From: an uncultured Alphaproteobacteria bacterium | Lineage (GTDB): Bacteria > Pseudomonadota > Alphaproteobacteria > Geminicoccales > Geminicoccaceae | Reading direction: 5' to 3' | Length of the DNA stretch: 64,000 nucleotides | Assembly (NCBI GenBank): GCA_963815435.1 | Contig: CAWFGZ010000042.1 | Coordinates: 24,002 to 88,001 of the forward strand | Part shown: positions 9,554 to 19,267 of the stretch, piece after piece | How the letters are laid out: each line of letters opens with the position of its first letter | Numbering within the stretch: position 1 is the first letter of the stretch | Made by a program: the position numbers and the translations under genes | The notes under the pieces: generated by a model | The model's input: only the letters and a program-made list of their open reading frames with translations | Told to the model about the DNA's origin: nothing | The model's database searches: none

Positions 9554-11346
9554 TTGGTGTCTGGTCCTGAGCCCGGCAATACGGGCGAGGGGGATCGCCA
9601 GCCGTCGTCGGAGGCGGTTCGAGAGGAACTGCAAGGGATCCTCGCGAGCGAGGAGTTCGTCGCATCCGATAGGCTCAGGGCCTTTCTGCGCTTCGTGGTC
9701 GAGGAGGCGCTCGCCGGCCGCGCGGACCGTCTGAAGGCTTACACGATCGCCCTCGAGGTGTTCGGCCGCGACGGCAGCTTCGATCCGCAGACCGATCCGG
9801 TGGTGCGGATGGAGGCGGGCAAGCTCCGCCGTCGCCTGGAGCGCTACTACCTCGGCGCCGGTCGGGACGATCCCGTTCAGATCGAGATTCCCAAGGGCGG
9901 CTACGCACCGACCTTCACCCAGCACCCGCAGGCGAAAGCGGCCGCCGCGCCGGTCGCGCCCGCGGCCGCCGCGCCGGTCGCGCCCGGGCCTGCGCCTCGT
10001 CCACGGGGCCTGCGGGGGGCGCTCCTCGGTCTAACGGGTCTCGGGCTGGCGGCGCTCGTCCCTCTGACCGCGATCGTTTGGCGGTTCGAGACCCCGACCA
10101 TCGAGGCCCCGCGCCCGGCGCCGCAGGAGCGCGGCCCCGCGATCATCGTTCTGCCCTTCGAGGATCTTTCGGAAAGTGATCCCGACAATGTTTTCGCCGA
10201 CGGGCTGACCGAGGAGCTGATCTCCAATCTCATGCGCTTCGGCGAGCTCCGGTTGTACTCGACGTACGCCAGCTTCCTGGAAAAGCCGAGCGCCGACCCG
10301 GTCGAGCTCAGCAAGCGCCTCGACGTCGGCTATGTGATCAAGGGCAGCGTCCGCCGCGAGCCGGATCAGGTTCGCCTCATCGTGCATCTGATCGATGCGC
10401 GCACCGGCCAGCATCTCTGGACCGAGACCTACGATCGCGCGCTCACGCCCGAGAACCTGTTCGAGATTCAGGAGCAGCTGGCCGCCGACCTGGCGAGCCA
10501 GCTCGCGCAACCTACGGCATCATCCAACAGGTCACCGCGGATTCCTTCCGGCAGCAGCGCCCGGAGACCCTGTTCGCGTACGACTGTGTCCTGCGCGTTT
10601 TCGACTATCGGCGCACCCAGGGTCGGGAAAAACATGCAGCCGCCCTTGCCTGCCTCGAGGAGGCCGTGCGCCGCGACCCGGGCTACGCCGATGCCTCGGC
10701 CCTCCTCGCCTACATGTATCTCGACGAATACCGGTTCGGCGGCTACGGCCCGCGTCCTTACGACCCAGCAGCCCTTGCCCGAGCCGTCAGCACGGCCCGC
10801 CACGCCGCGGAGCTCGACGCGAACAACGTTTACGTTTTGCTCGCGCTATCCACGCTCCATTTCTATCGGCGCGAATTCGCCGAAGCCGACGAGGTCAATC
10901 GCCGTCTCCTGTCCCTCTATCCCACCAATCCCGAGGTGCTGGGCCAGGTCGGCTGGCGCACCGCCTTCGCCGGGAATTGGGAGCAGGGCGCAGCCCTCGT
11001 CCGACAGGCGATCGATCGCAGCATCAAGGCGCCTTGGTTCGATCACTTGTTCATCGCGTTCGATCACTACCGCCAGGGCGACTACCAGGCGGCGCTCGCG
11101 GAAGTCGAGCCGATAGCAGGAGAAGGGACCGTCCAGCTTCCCGTCCTCGTGGCGGCGATTTACGGCGAGCTCGGAAACAAAGACGAAGCGCGGCGGGCGC
11201 TCGACCGGGCCAGGGCAATCAACCCGATCTTCCTACAGGACCCGCGGGCAGCCATGAGACGTCACAACACGCCCGAAGATCTGATCGACCAGGTGATCGA
11301 TGGCCTGAACAAAGCCGGGCTTCGGCTGCCGGTAGCCGTCAACTGA
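9554..11346 (+). pseudogene. membrane-anchored regulatory protein with TolB-like middle and TPR C-terminal domains, one frameshift
   Basis: N-terminal domain (LASEEFVASDRLRAFLRFVVEEAL...PKGGYAPTF), one TM (ALLGLTGLGLAALVPLTAIVW), then IIVLPFEDLS...DGLTEELISNL...YVIKGSVRRE. The frame changes near 10510 (..LAQP / YGIIQQVTADSF..). The TPR-like C-terminus is in the frame of track ORF 10666..11346. Confidence 0.7.
9938..9985 (+). repeat. perfect 24-bp tandem duplication inside the coding linker
   Basis: GCGGCCGCCGCGCCGGTCGCGCCC occurs twice back to back, encoding AAAAPVAP x2 just before the TM segment. Confidence 0.9.
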
Positions 11347-11500
11347 GCGGCGAAAACCCGGTCCCCGCTTACAGAGCTTCATAGGGCCGGTGCTGGATCG
11401 GGGGCGTGCCGTTCGAAGATCGTCCGATCCGGCGTTGCCTTGAGCGCGCTTTGGCACAATTATCTGTCTGTCATCGAACCGATCGCATCAGGAGGGAGCG

Positions 11501-11711
11501 ATGTGCAGGATGTCTTCCTCTGACTACGACCTCTACAGGCGTACGGACTCGAGGCCGGGGCGCTCTCTGTTGGCGTGGCTGCGCGATCTGTGGCGGCCGC
11601 GTCAGCCGCAGGTGGAGCAGGCGGAAGCGGAAGTGGTGCGGTTCCCCGCCGAGGCGGTGGCCCGCGTCGATCCGAAAGCCGGCCGCGGCGGGGGGCTCCA
11701 AAGCAGCCTGA
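11501..11711 (+). CDS. possible small ORF (about 70 aa) if one indel in a G6 run is corrected
   Basis: Strong SD (AGGAGGGAGCG ATG). It reads MCRMSSSDYDLYRRTDSRPGRSLLAWLRDLWRP... As given, the frame stays open for 570 aa antisense to the aminotransferase. A 1-nt change in GGGGGG near 11690 would end it at the TGA at 11709-11711. Confidence 0.2.
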
Positions 11712-11776
11712 CCCGACGACCCTCGGGGCCAGGGTCTTCACCTCCTCGCCGGGCTGCCGCCGGTCAACGCGCTCGC

Positions 11777-13192
11777 TCAGCGAGCTGCAGCCAGCCGGCG
11801 CAGCTCGGGGGTCGCCGCGTCAAGCGCGCTAGCGAAGCGCTCGACCACGAGGTCGCAGTCGGCTTCACTGATGCAGAGCGGCGGCGAGAACGGAAGGACC
11901 TCGATGAAGGGCAGGGGACGGATCATGAGGCCGTGCTCCAGCCCCCTGGCTGCGACGATGCGATGGACGTTCGCGGCCGGATCGAATGGCCTGCGCGTTT
12001 CCCGATCGGCCATGAACTCGGCCGCGAGGATCAGCCCGACGCCGCGCAGCTCGCCGATGTAGGGGTGGTCGCCGACCGTCTCGCGCAGCCGGCGCAGAAG
12101 GTAGGGTCCCACGCGCGCGGCGTTGTCGATCATGCCCTCCTTCGCCATGATCTCGAGATTGGCGAGCCCGATGGCAGCGCCGACCGGGTGGCCCGAATAG
12201 GTGAAGCCGTGCATCACCGGCCCGTACTCGGGCGAGGCCGCCTCGAGCACCTCCCAGATGCGGCTCGAGATTACCGAGGCGGACAGCGGGAAGTAGGCGC
12301 TGGTGAGGCCCTTGGCGAGGGTCACGATATCGGGCTTCAGCTCGTACAGTCCGGTTGCGAACCACTGCCCGGTGCGCCCGAAGCCGGTGATCACCTCGTC
12401 GACGATGAACAGGATGTCGTGGCGCTCGAGCACCTCCTGGACCCGCTCGAAATAGCCCGCGGGCGGCAGCAGCACGCCGCCCGTGCCCATGATCGGCTCG
12501 GCGATGAACGCGGCGATCGTGTCCGCGCCCTCGCGCTCGATCAGCGCCTCGAGATCGGCGAGCATCCGGTCGCAGAACGCGGTCTCGGTCTCGCCGGGCT
12601 CGGCGAAGCGGTAGAAGTGCGGGCAGCTCGTGTGCAGGAAGCCCTCGAGCGGCAGGTCCCAGGCCTTGTGGTAGACCGGGATCCCGGTGAGGCTGCCGGA
12701 TGCGCAGGTGAGGCCGTGATAGCCGCCGTGGCGGCCGATGATCTTCTTCTTGGCGGGCCGCCCCCGGAGGTTGTTGTAGTAGCGGACGAGCTTGACGTTG
12801 GTGTCGTTGGCATCCGAGCCGGAGCAGCCGAAGAACACCCGGGCGAGATGGCCGGCACCGGCGTGGTCGCGGAACAGTGCCAGGATGCGGTCGGCGAGGC
12901 GGATGGCCGGCTCCGTCGAGGCCGAGCCGAAGAGGTGATAATAGTTCAGGTTCTCGATCGCTGCCTTGGCCGCTTCGGCGATCTCGCTCCGGCCGTAGCC
13001 GACGTTGACGCACCAGAGGCCCGCGCCGCAGTCGATCAGCTCACGCCCCTTGTGATCCCGGATCCGCACGCCGCGGCCCTGGTTGACGATCAGCGGCCCG
13101 CTCTTCATGTGCGTGGCGATCGAGGTCAGGGGATGGAACAGGCTCTGCCGGTCCATCTCCTCGAGCGTGTAGTTCTGCCTCTCTTCGAGCAT
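11777..13192 (-). CDS. class III (omega) aminotransferase, PLP-dependent
   Basis: 471 aa from the ATG at 13192 ([21 protein letters not shown]...). Motifs GSGSDANDT-like ([10 protein letters not shown]), [11 protein letters not shown], and the PLP-Lys context [15 protein letters not shown]. The track ORF runs on to 14191 only because the frame stays open. Confidence 0.9.
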   Translation of the reverse strand: MLEERQNYTLEEMDRQSLFHPLTSIATHMKSGPLIVNQGRGVRIRDHKGRELIDCGAGLWCVNVGYGRSEIAEAAKAAIENLNYYHLFGSASTEPAIRLADRILALFRDHAGAGHLARVFFGCSGSDANDTNVKLVRYYNNLRGRPAKKKIIGRHGGYHGLTCASGSLTGIPVYHKAWDLPLEGFLHTSCPHFYRFAEPGETETAFCDRMLADLEALIEREGADTIAAFIAEPIMGTGGVLLPPAGYFERVQEVLERHDILFIVDEVITGFGRTGQWFATGLYELKPDIVTLAKGLTSAYFPLSASVISSRIWEVLEAASPEYGPVMHGFTYSGHPVGAAIGLANLEIMAKEGMIDNAARVGPYLLRRLRETVGDHPYIGELRGVGLILAAEFMADRETRRPFDPAANVHRIVAARGLEHGLMIRPLPFIEVLPFSPPLCISEADCDLVVERFASALDAATPELRRLAAAR

Positions 13193-13227
13193 CTGTCGCT
13201 CCGCTGGATCTGACCGCCGGACTTCGG

Positions 13228-14448
13228 CTAGCCCGTGAACGCCTGAATCCCGGTCTGGGCGCGGCCGAGGATCAGGGCGTGGATGTCGTGGGTGCCCTCG
13301 TAGGTGTTGACCGCCTCGAGGTTCATGACGTGACGGATCACGTGGTACTCGTCGGCGATACCGTTGCCGCCGTGCATGTCGCGGGCGGTGCGGGCGATCT
13401 CGAGCGCCTTGCCGCAGCTGTTGCGCTTGATCAGCGAGATCATCTCGGGGGTCGCTTTGCCCTGATCGAGCAGGCGTCCGACCCGGAGCGCGGCCTGCAG
13501 CCCGATCGCGATCTCGGTCTGCATGTCGGCGAGCTTCTTCTGGATCAGCTGATTGGCGGCGAGCGGCCGCCCGAACTGCTTGCGATCGAGCACGTACTGA
13601 CGCGCGGCATGCCAGCAGAACTCGGCCGCGCCGAGCGCCCCGAAGGCGATCCCGAAGCGCGCCTTGGTGAGGCAGGCGAACGGCCCCTTGAGGCCGCTCA
13701 CTCCGGGCAGGACGCGCTCTTCCGGCACGAACACCTGGTCCATCAGGATCTGCCCGGTCGGCGAGGCGCGCAGCGCGAACTTGCCCTCGATCTTGGGCGT
13801 GGCGAGGCCCTCGGCCCCCCGCTCGAGCAGAAAGCCGCGGATCACGTCCGCCTCGTCCTTCGCCCAGACCAGGAACAGATCCGCGATCGGCGAGTTGGTG
13901 ATCCAGGTCTTGGCGCCACTCAGGCGCCAGCCGCCCGGAGCGCGGCGCGCCCGCGTGGTCATCGAGCCGGGGTCCGAGCCGTGGTCGGGCTCGGTCAGGC
14001 CGAAGCAGCCGACGATCTCGCCCCTGGCCAGGCGCGGCAGAAATTCCTCGCGCTGGGCATCGGTGCCGAAGTCGTCGATCGGCGCCATGACCAGCGACGA
14101 CTGCACGCTCAGCATCGACCGGTAGGCCGAGTCGACGCGCTCGATCTCGCGCGCGATCAGACCGTAGCTCGTGTGGTTGACGCCGGCGCAACCATAGCCC
14201 TCGATGGTCGCGCCGAGCAGGCCGAGCGCGCCCATCTCGCTGATGATGCCGCGATCGATCCGCTCGAGGCGGTTGGCCTCGAGAATCCGCGGCATCAGCT
14301 GCTCCTCGGCATAGCTGCGCGCAGTTTCCCGGATCAGCCGTTCGTCCTCGCTCAGCTGATCGTCGAGCAGGAACGGATCGTCCCAGACGAACACCGGTTG
14401 GTCCGGCGGGGCGCTCTCGGCGCGGCGCGCCTGCAGCGACGACGACAT
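13228..14448 (-). CDS. gcdH: glutaryl-CoA dehydrogenase (acyl-CoA dehydrogenase family)
   Basis: [28 protein letters not shown]..., [31 protein letters not shown]. The start at 14448 is preceded by GGAGATCGCCG. Confidence 0.85.
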   Translation of the reverse strand: MSSSLQARRAESAPPDQPVFVWDDPFLLDDQLSEDERLIRETARSYAEEQLMPRILEANRLERIDRGIISEMGALGLLGATIEGYGCAGVNHTSYGLIAREIERVDSAYRSMLSVQSSLVMAPIDDFGTDAQREEFLPRLARGEIVGCFGLTEPDHGSDPGSMTTRARRAPGGWRLSGAKTWITNSPIADLFLVWAKDEADVIRGFLLERGAEGLATPKIEGKFALRASPTGQILMDQVFVPEERVLPGVSGLKGPFACLTKARFGIAFGALGAAEFCWHAARQYVLDRKQFGRPLAANQLIQKKLADMQTEIAIGLQAALRVGRLLDQGKATPEMISLIKRNSCGKALEIARTARDMHGGNGIADEYHVIRHVMNLEAVNTYEGTHDIHALILGRAQTGIQAFTG

Positions 14449-14496
14449 CGGCGATCTCCGATCAGGTATTGGGCTCAAGGATGCTGCGGCGGCAGC

Positions 14497-15102
14497 TTAG
14501 AACGAGTTGGCGATCGCGACCAGATGGCGCAACCGGCGCTCGTTCATCGTCCGGATGCGCACGGCGTACTGCTGGCCGTCGCGCTCCACCAGCCGGAGCG
14601 TCAGGAACTGGCGCAGCGGCCCTAGCGGCCATTCGCAGGCGAGCTGCCAGCCCTCTGCGGCGGGCAGCGCCGCCGGCTCGCGGCAGCCCTCGAGCGGCAA
14701 AGTGGTGAGCTGTTCGAGAAAGGCGGTCCAGCCGCGCAGCTCGTCGGCGAGCGGCGTGCCGGCGAACGGGCTGTCCGGGCTCTGCACGAGCCCGCGAAGC
14801 GAATCCTCGACACCGCTGAGATCGAGCTTCAGCTGACCGCGCAGCCACTGCGCGGGGTCTTGCACGGGCTGGTCGAGCGGGCGGATGGTGAGCTCGGAGA
14901 GCGGCGCGAACGCCCCCTCGACCGGGCGGACCACCGCCATGCGCTCCGAAGCCGGCGCGCCACCCTGCACCGAGCAGTCGAGCCGGTAGCCCTCGGGCAG
15001 GAACAGCCGCCCGCACACATCGTCGATCGGCGCGGCCGCTGGCAGCGCCGGCGCAACCGACGCGAGTGCAATTCCAAGAGCAGCCGCCTGCCACCCCGTC
15101 AT
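14497..15102 (-). CDS. exported hypothetical protein
   Basis: ORF with a signal-like MTGWQAAALGIALASVAPALPAAAP, four Cys and the C-terminus ...VAIANSF. No family recognised. Confidence 0.5.
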   Translation of the reverse strand: MTGWQAAALGIALASVAPALPAAAPIDDVCGRLFLPEGYRLDCSVQGGAPASERMAVVRPVEGAFAPLSELTIRPLDQPVQDPAQWLRGQLKLDLSGVEDSLRGLVQSPDSPFAGTPLADELRGWTAFLEQLTTLPLEGCREPAALPAAEGWQLACEWPLGPLRQFLTLRLVERDGQQYAVRIRTMNERRLRHLVAIANSF

Positions 15103-15152
15103 GGCGTCAATATGGCCCACCCGTCACGCATCGCAAGCACGGAGGAGAGGCC

Positions 15153-15551
15153 TCAGGCCACCGGTTCAACGTCGGTCGCAGCGGAGTCCAACCCCTTGAA
15201 TAGCAGCGGCAGGCGCAGCTGCCTGGCGAGCGCGTAGGCGGAGAGGTCACCGAAGTTCGGTGCGGCAGACTCCTCGCCCCGACCTTTGCCGTTCGCGAGC
15301 ATGCTCTCTTGGGCCAGCGCGACCTGCTCGGCGTCGACCGGGATCGTCTGCACGGCGTAGAGCTCGAGCAGCCGGTCGACCGCGGCCAGGGCCGACGGGC
15401 CAAGCCCGACCTGCATGACGCGAAGCGTCTCGATCAGTGTGCCGCAGGAGATCGCGGGTTCGTGGCCAAGCAGCAGGCCATGGAAGCGCTCTGCCTCGGG
15501 TTCGTCATTGACGGTCGCCACAAGCGCCGACGTGTCGACCACGAACCTCAC
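15153..15551 (-). CDS. vapC: type II toxin VapC (PIN-domain ribonuclease)
   Basis: MRFVVDTSALVA... (PIN Asp in VVDTS), ...NFGDLSAYALA... The GTG start overlaps the antitoxin stop (GTGA at 15548-15551). Confidence 0.85.
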   Translation of the reverse strand: MRFVVDTSALVATVNDEPEAERFHGLLLGHEPAISCGTLIETLRVMQVGLGPSALAAVDRLLELYAVQTIPVDAEQVALAQESMLANGKGRGEESAAPNFGDLSAYALARQLRLPLLFKGLDSAATDVEPVA

Positions 15552-15790
15552 AGCCGCGGCTGCCCCTGCGCGTCGTACAGCACGTCTTCGCTCACCTGCT
15601 CGCGCCGCATCGCCCGGAGCTCCGCAATCACTGCTCGTGCCTCGGCATCCCGCTTTGCGCGGTCGCGCTCGAGCTTTCCCTTCAGATCGAGAAGCGCGGC
15701 GCGGACCGTCTCGGTCAGGCTTCGCCCCTGTCGCCTAGCCAGTTCGCGGGCCAGCTGTCGTACGCCATCGTGGCGGATATAGAGAGCCAC
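15548..15790 (-). CDS. vapB: type II antitoxin VapB family
   Basis: 80 aa from the GTG at 15790: VALYIRHDGVRQLARELARRQGRSLTETVRAALLDLKGKLERDRAK... This is typical of VapB/FitA-like antitoxins. It is 4-nt coupled to vapC. Confidence 0.75.
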   Translation of the reverse strand: MALYIRHDGVRQLARELARRQGRSLTETVRAALLDLKGKLERDRAKRDAEARAVIAELRAMRREQVSEDVLYDAQGQPRL

Positions 15791-15827
15791 CGACTTCCTC
15801 GCATATTCGATGAACTTGAATGTATAT

Positions 15828-15977
15828 TCATCGACGTCTCGTGGCAAGAGGCACGCTGGTCTTGGCGTCGGCGAAGACGCTGGACCAGTCGCCGAAGGTG
15901 CGGTTGATGATGACAATGACGGAGGTGTGCTCGTCGCGCTTGGCGATCACATCTATGCTACCGAGAGCGGTTGCGCT
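15828..15977 (-). pseudogene. IS21-family IstB helper ATPase, C-terminal fragment
   Basis: Hand translation ...IDVIAKRDEHTSVIVIINRTFGDWSSVFADAKTSVPLATRRR* resembles the IstB segment L..YEHTSVI.T.N..F.EW..VFGDAKMT.ALLDRL. Only about 45 residues remain. Confidence 0.5.
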
Positions 15978-16131
15978 TCACCCAGCGCGGTTGGTAGCGG
16001 AGCGAACAGTTGCCGCGGTAGAATGCTGGCGTGTCCTGACTTCCCTCGTATGGGAGGCGGGGTACCGACGCCCTGTACGAGTGCTTTCTCAATCGGAGTC
16101 GCAGGCGCGGTTCTTGAAGCTGGAGGTCGAG

Positions 16132-16548
16132 ATGATCAAGCTGACCGATGAGATGCGCAACCTGGTCAACAATGCTCTGGCCAACGGCTCGCCCTGTATT
16201 CTGGCGAGCGTTTCCGCCGAGGGCGAGCCGGACATCGGATTCAAAGGCAGCATGATGGTGTTTGACGACGAGTCCCTCGCCTATTGGGAACGGACCCGGC
16301 GTCAACACCTCAAGAACATCCAGGCAAATCCAAAAGTCGTAGTCTTGTTCTGGGATGCCAGGACTTACGTCCACTGGCGCTTCCATGGCACGGCGACCCT
16401 GCATGAGCAAGGCGCGCTCAGGGATCAGGTCATGGCCAGGACGATCAAGGCCGAGCTCGACAAGGATCTTGAGCGAAAAGGCGGCGCCGTGATCATCCGC
16501 GTCGATCGGGTGACCAATCTGGCTGGCCAGGTGCTCCAGTCGCGCTAG
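16132..16548 (+). CDS. pyridoxamine 5'-phosphate oxidase family (FMN-binding split barrel) protein
   Basis: MIKLTDEMRNLVNNALANGSPCILASVSAEGEPDIGFKGSMMVFDDESLAYWERTRRQHLKNIQANPKVVVLFWD... GGAGG lies 7 nt upstream of the ATG at 16132. Confidence 0.75.
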   Translation: MIKLTDEMRNLVNNALANGSPCILASVSAEGEPDIGFKGSMMVFDDESLAYWERTRRQHLKNIQANPKVVVLFWDARTYVHWRFHGTATLHEQGALRDQVMARTIKAELDKDLERKGGAVIIRVDRVTNLAGQVLQSR

Positions 16549-16569
16549 CGCCAAGGTGACTTCGCGGCG

Positions 16570-16659
16570 GCTGTCATCGACGCGTGGCACGCCCTGCGGC
16601 TTGCGGGGAAGGGCTGGCTCAATGAGCTTCCATTCGCCGTCGGTGAGGTCGTAGCGCAT
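16570..16659 (-). pseudogene. IS5-family (IS427/IS1031-like) transposase, N-terminal 30-aa fragment
   Basis: MRYDLTDGEWKLIEPALPRKPQGVPRVDD matches the conserved N-terminus of these transposases and is preceded by AAGGAG. Similarity is lost after about 30 residues, where the DNA becomes the 3' end of the PNPOx-family gene. Confidence 0.6.
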
Positions 16660-16841
16660 GTTCGAGGCTCCTTTTCGGAGCTTGAGTCACGAGAGCCTTT
16701 AGAGGCCCAAGACTGCGGTTCGAATGTCTGCAAGCTGATGGATAAGCGGGCACCGGCCCATTGCGGAGCGATGACCGCCTTTGACCCTTTACGGACTCGC
16801 CCAGACTGATATCCTCCAGTAGCAGGTCGGGAGAACAGGTT

Positions 16842-17600
16842 GTGAGCGTGCTCGTGGTGACCGGCGGAAGCCGTGGGATCGGCGCGGCAGTTTGCCGAAA
16901 GGCGGCCGCGAAGGGATGGGCCTGCTGCGTGAATTACGCCAGGGATGAGCGCGGAGCGCGCTCGGTGGTGTCGGAAATCACCAAGAGTGGCGGCAATGCG
17001 ATTGCCGTGCAAGCGGATGTCGCCGATCCCGCGCAAGTCGAAGCGATGTTCATCGAGGTCGATCAGAAGCTTGGCCCGGTCACCGGTCTTGTGAACAACG
17101 CCGGGGTGATGGGGAGCCAGGGACGAGTCGAAGACTTGGATGCCGATCTCACGAGACGCCTCTTCGAGGTCAACACCTTCGCGCCGTTCCTTTGTAGCAA
17201 GGAGGCGCTGAAACGAATGTTGCAGTGCTGCGGCGGCAGTGGTGGAGGTATCGTCAACATCTCGTCAGCAGCGGCCAAACACGGTGGTGCAGGGTCGTAC
17301 ATCGACTATGCGGCCTCAAAGGGCGCGCTCGACACTTTTACCGTCGGTTTGGCGCGTGAACAGGCGGCGGCGGGCGTGCGCGTCAACTGCGTACGCCCCG
17401 GGGCAATTCTTACGGAAATCAGCAGAGTATGGATGCAAGATCATCCCGAGTGGCTGGAGTTGGTCGTCGCGCGAACTCCACTCGGGCGTCCCGGCGAAGA
17501 AGACGATATCGCCAATGCCGCTCTTTGGCTCCTGTCGGACGAAGCAAAGTACGTCACCGGCGCGATACTTGACGTATCAGGTGGCTGGGTCAGTCCTTAG
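16842..17600 (+). CDS. SDR family oxidoreductase
   Basis: TGGSRGIG (cofactor motif), NNAG, catalytic S...YxxxK (SSAAAKHGGAGSYIDYAASKGA). GTG start. Confidence 0.9.
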   Translation: MSVLVVTGGSRGIGAAVCRKAAAKGWACCVNYARDERGARSVVSEITKSGGNAIAVQADVADPAQVEAMFIEVDQKLGPVTGLVNNAGVMGSQGRVEDLDADLTRRLFEVNTFAPFLCSKEALKRMLQCCGGSGGGIVNISSAAAKHGGAGSYIDYAASKGALDTFTVGLAREQAAAGVRVNCVRPGAILTEISRVWMQDHPEWLELVVARTPLGRPGEEDDIANAALWLLSDEAKYVTGAILDVSGGWVSP

Positions 17601-17781
17601 ACAAGAGCAAAGCTCCACCGGCGCAATGCCGACATGTCGCCGATCTGGCGAGATGCCCGCATCTGGCTAGAAGCGGAGATTGTCCGCGTTGACGCTCATG
17701 TCCGCTTGGTGCCCGAAGCCGGACGTTCGAGCTCGGTTATCAAACCCGGCGTTTATGGGTACACATCCTAACACTCTTCGA

Positions 17782-18609
17782 TTACTTCTTATCCGGGACA
17801 GGGTCTCCCCACCGACTCGGGCGTGCTGGTCGAAAGAGTTTCGGAAATCTGCGGTCTCTCTTGATTGTTTCGTACTCGCGCACAAGGTTGTTATGAGCCT
17901 GGCGCCAATTCCGCCAAAGTGGATTAAGCATGCTATGATTGGAATACTCCAGTCCACGCGATGTGGCTAATGTATCTGTTTCCTTACGGAAGTCGGCATA
18001 ACCCCTCTCGATGCTATCGACATGAGTCATCAGATCGACAAATGGCGGACAGTGCACAGGATGGCTATGCAGCCCGGATTCCAGTTTGTGGACGCTATCC
18101 AGAAACGCAGTGACCGACGCATCCGTACGAATGCTTTGCCTGATGGACCATTGCATCGTCCGGTCGCCGGAAGCAACCAGGTCGATGACCGCGTCCTGCA
18201 GGTCGATCTGGGTTCTGGACGCGGGAATGATATAATCGATGACAAACAACATTAAATCGTATTGCGCTTCTATCGTTGATTCGGCGACGTTGGCTGGTTC
18301 GCGGCCGGGCGGTAGGGCTCGACCAGGGAGATTGAGCGGGGAACGCTGGAGGCTGATGCGGCGCAGAATCGTATCCATCCACATGCCGACGGCGAGGCCA
18401 ACGATGCCAGCCGTCGCCGTCAGAAACGACGAATGCGTGACAAAAGAACTAAAGGCATTCATGGCGGCATCGAGACGTTCTGAGGGGTGCTGATACCAGC
18501 CATTTTCCCGCGCCAGCGCAGTGAAAAATTCGCCGACCACACCAGAGACGACAGCGAGCAGAAGGCTGCCCGCGAGCCACCCGATTATCCTCCGTGCGAA
18601 GTTGCGCAT
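17782..18609 (-). CDS. orphan membrane protein (2 TM + about 200-aa soluble domain)
   Basis: Lower-GC region. TM segments IIGWLAGSLLLAVVSGVVGEFF and FLTATAGIVGLAVGMWMDTIL. No family recognised. The start is uncertain (ATG at 18609 chosen; the track ORF extends to 18780). Confidence 0.45.
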   Translation of the reverse strand: MRNFARRIIGWLAGSLLLAVVSGVVGEFFTALARENGWYQHPSERLDAAMNAFSSFVTHSSFLTATAGIVGLAVGMWMDTILRRISLQRSPLNLPGRALPPGREPANVAESTIEAQYDLMLFVIDYIIPASRTQIDLQDAVIDLVASGDRTMQWSIRQSIRTDASVTAFLDSVHKLESGLHSHPVHCPPFVDLMTHVDSIERGYADFRKETDTLATSRGLEYSNHSMLNPLWRNWRQAHNNLVREYETIKRDRRFPKLFRPARPSRWGDPVPDKK

Positions 18610-18800
18610 GGCGGAAGGTTGCCCCAGAGGCAGACCATCCGCCAAGCGGAAATCCGCCGACGCCCAACAGCGCTTTCCGGCCGGCCCTTGCCGCCTTGCA
18701 TCGCTGGCAGAAACGCCGCAGATTAGGCGTTCACCAGCCGGCATATGGGGAATGTCGGCTGACGCAGTCTGGGAAGTCACCGCGCAAGGGGAGAGCGATC

Positions 18801-19088
18801 ATGCATGCGGTCGTAAGAACCTATTCCGGCCAGGGAGCCAAGGAGTTGTTCGACCTTCTGGAGAAGCGCAAGGTCGACGTCGAGCGCCTGATCCGCGGGG
18901 TCAACGGATTCCGAGCCTACTTGCTGTTCCGCACTGCCGACGGCGGCGTCTCGGTGACGGTGTGCCAGGACAAGGCAGGCGCCGACGAAAGCGTCCGGGT
19001 CGCGAGAGACTGGATCAAGCAGAACGCGGCCAACATCAGCGCCAAGCCACCCGCGGTCGCGGAGGGCACGGTCATTCTTCAGTTCTGA
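18801..19088 (+). CDS. small ABM/Dabb-fold (antibiotic biosynthesis monooxygenase-like) protein
   Basis: 95 aa: MHAVVRTYSGQGAKELFDLLEKRKVDVERLIRGVNGFRAYLLFRTADGGVSVTVCQDKAGADES... Purine-rich SD (AAGGGGAGAG) upstream of the ATG at 18801. Confidence 0.55.
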   Translation: MHAVVRTYSGQGAKELFDLLEKRKVDVERLIRGVNGFRAYLLFRTADGGVSVTVCQDKAGADESVRVARDWIKQNAANISAKPPAVAEGTVILQF

Positions 19089-19267
19089 GAGCAATCTCAG
19101 CAGACCATCGCAACAGCCGCGCGAGCTAAACATCCCGCGCGGCAACGGTACGGCTTGGGGCGGTCAGATGCCGCTGCCTTTCCTCGCCCCCGCGAGGGAT
19201 TGGTTCTCGCCGCCTGCGCCGGGGATCGCCGCTCGGCATGGTTGTTACTATGTGGGAGGACGGCTGG

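Noticed and set aside
9938-9985. Perfect 24-bp tandem repeat as a possible CRISPR or VNTR locus
   Set aside because: There are only two units, no spacers, and it is in frame inside a coding Ala/Pro linker. It is simple slipped-strand duplication, reported as a repeat feature only.
16700-16740. tRNA-like GGTTCGAA motif (gactgcggttcgaatgtctgc) as a tRNA or tRNA-derived att site
   Set aside because: The flanking bases do not form a T-arm, and no acceptor or anticodon arms can be drawn. I found no tRNA, rRNA or CRISPR array anywhere in the window.
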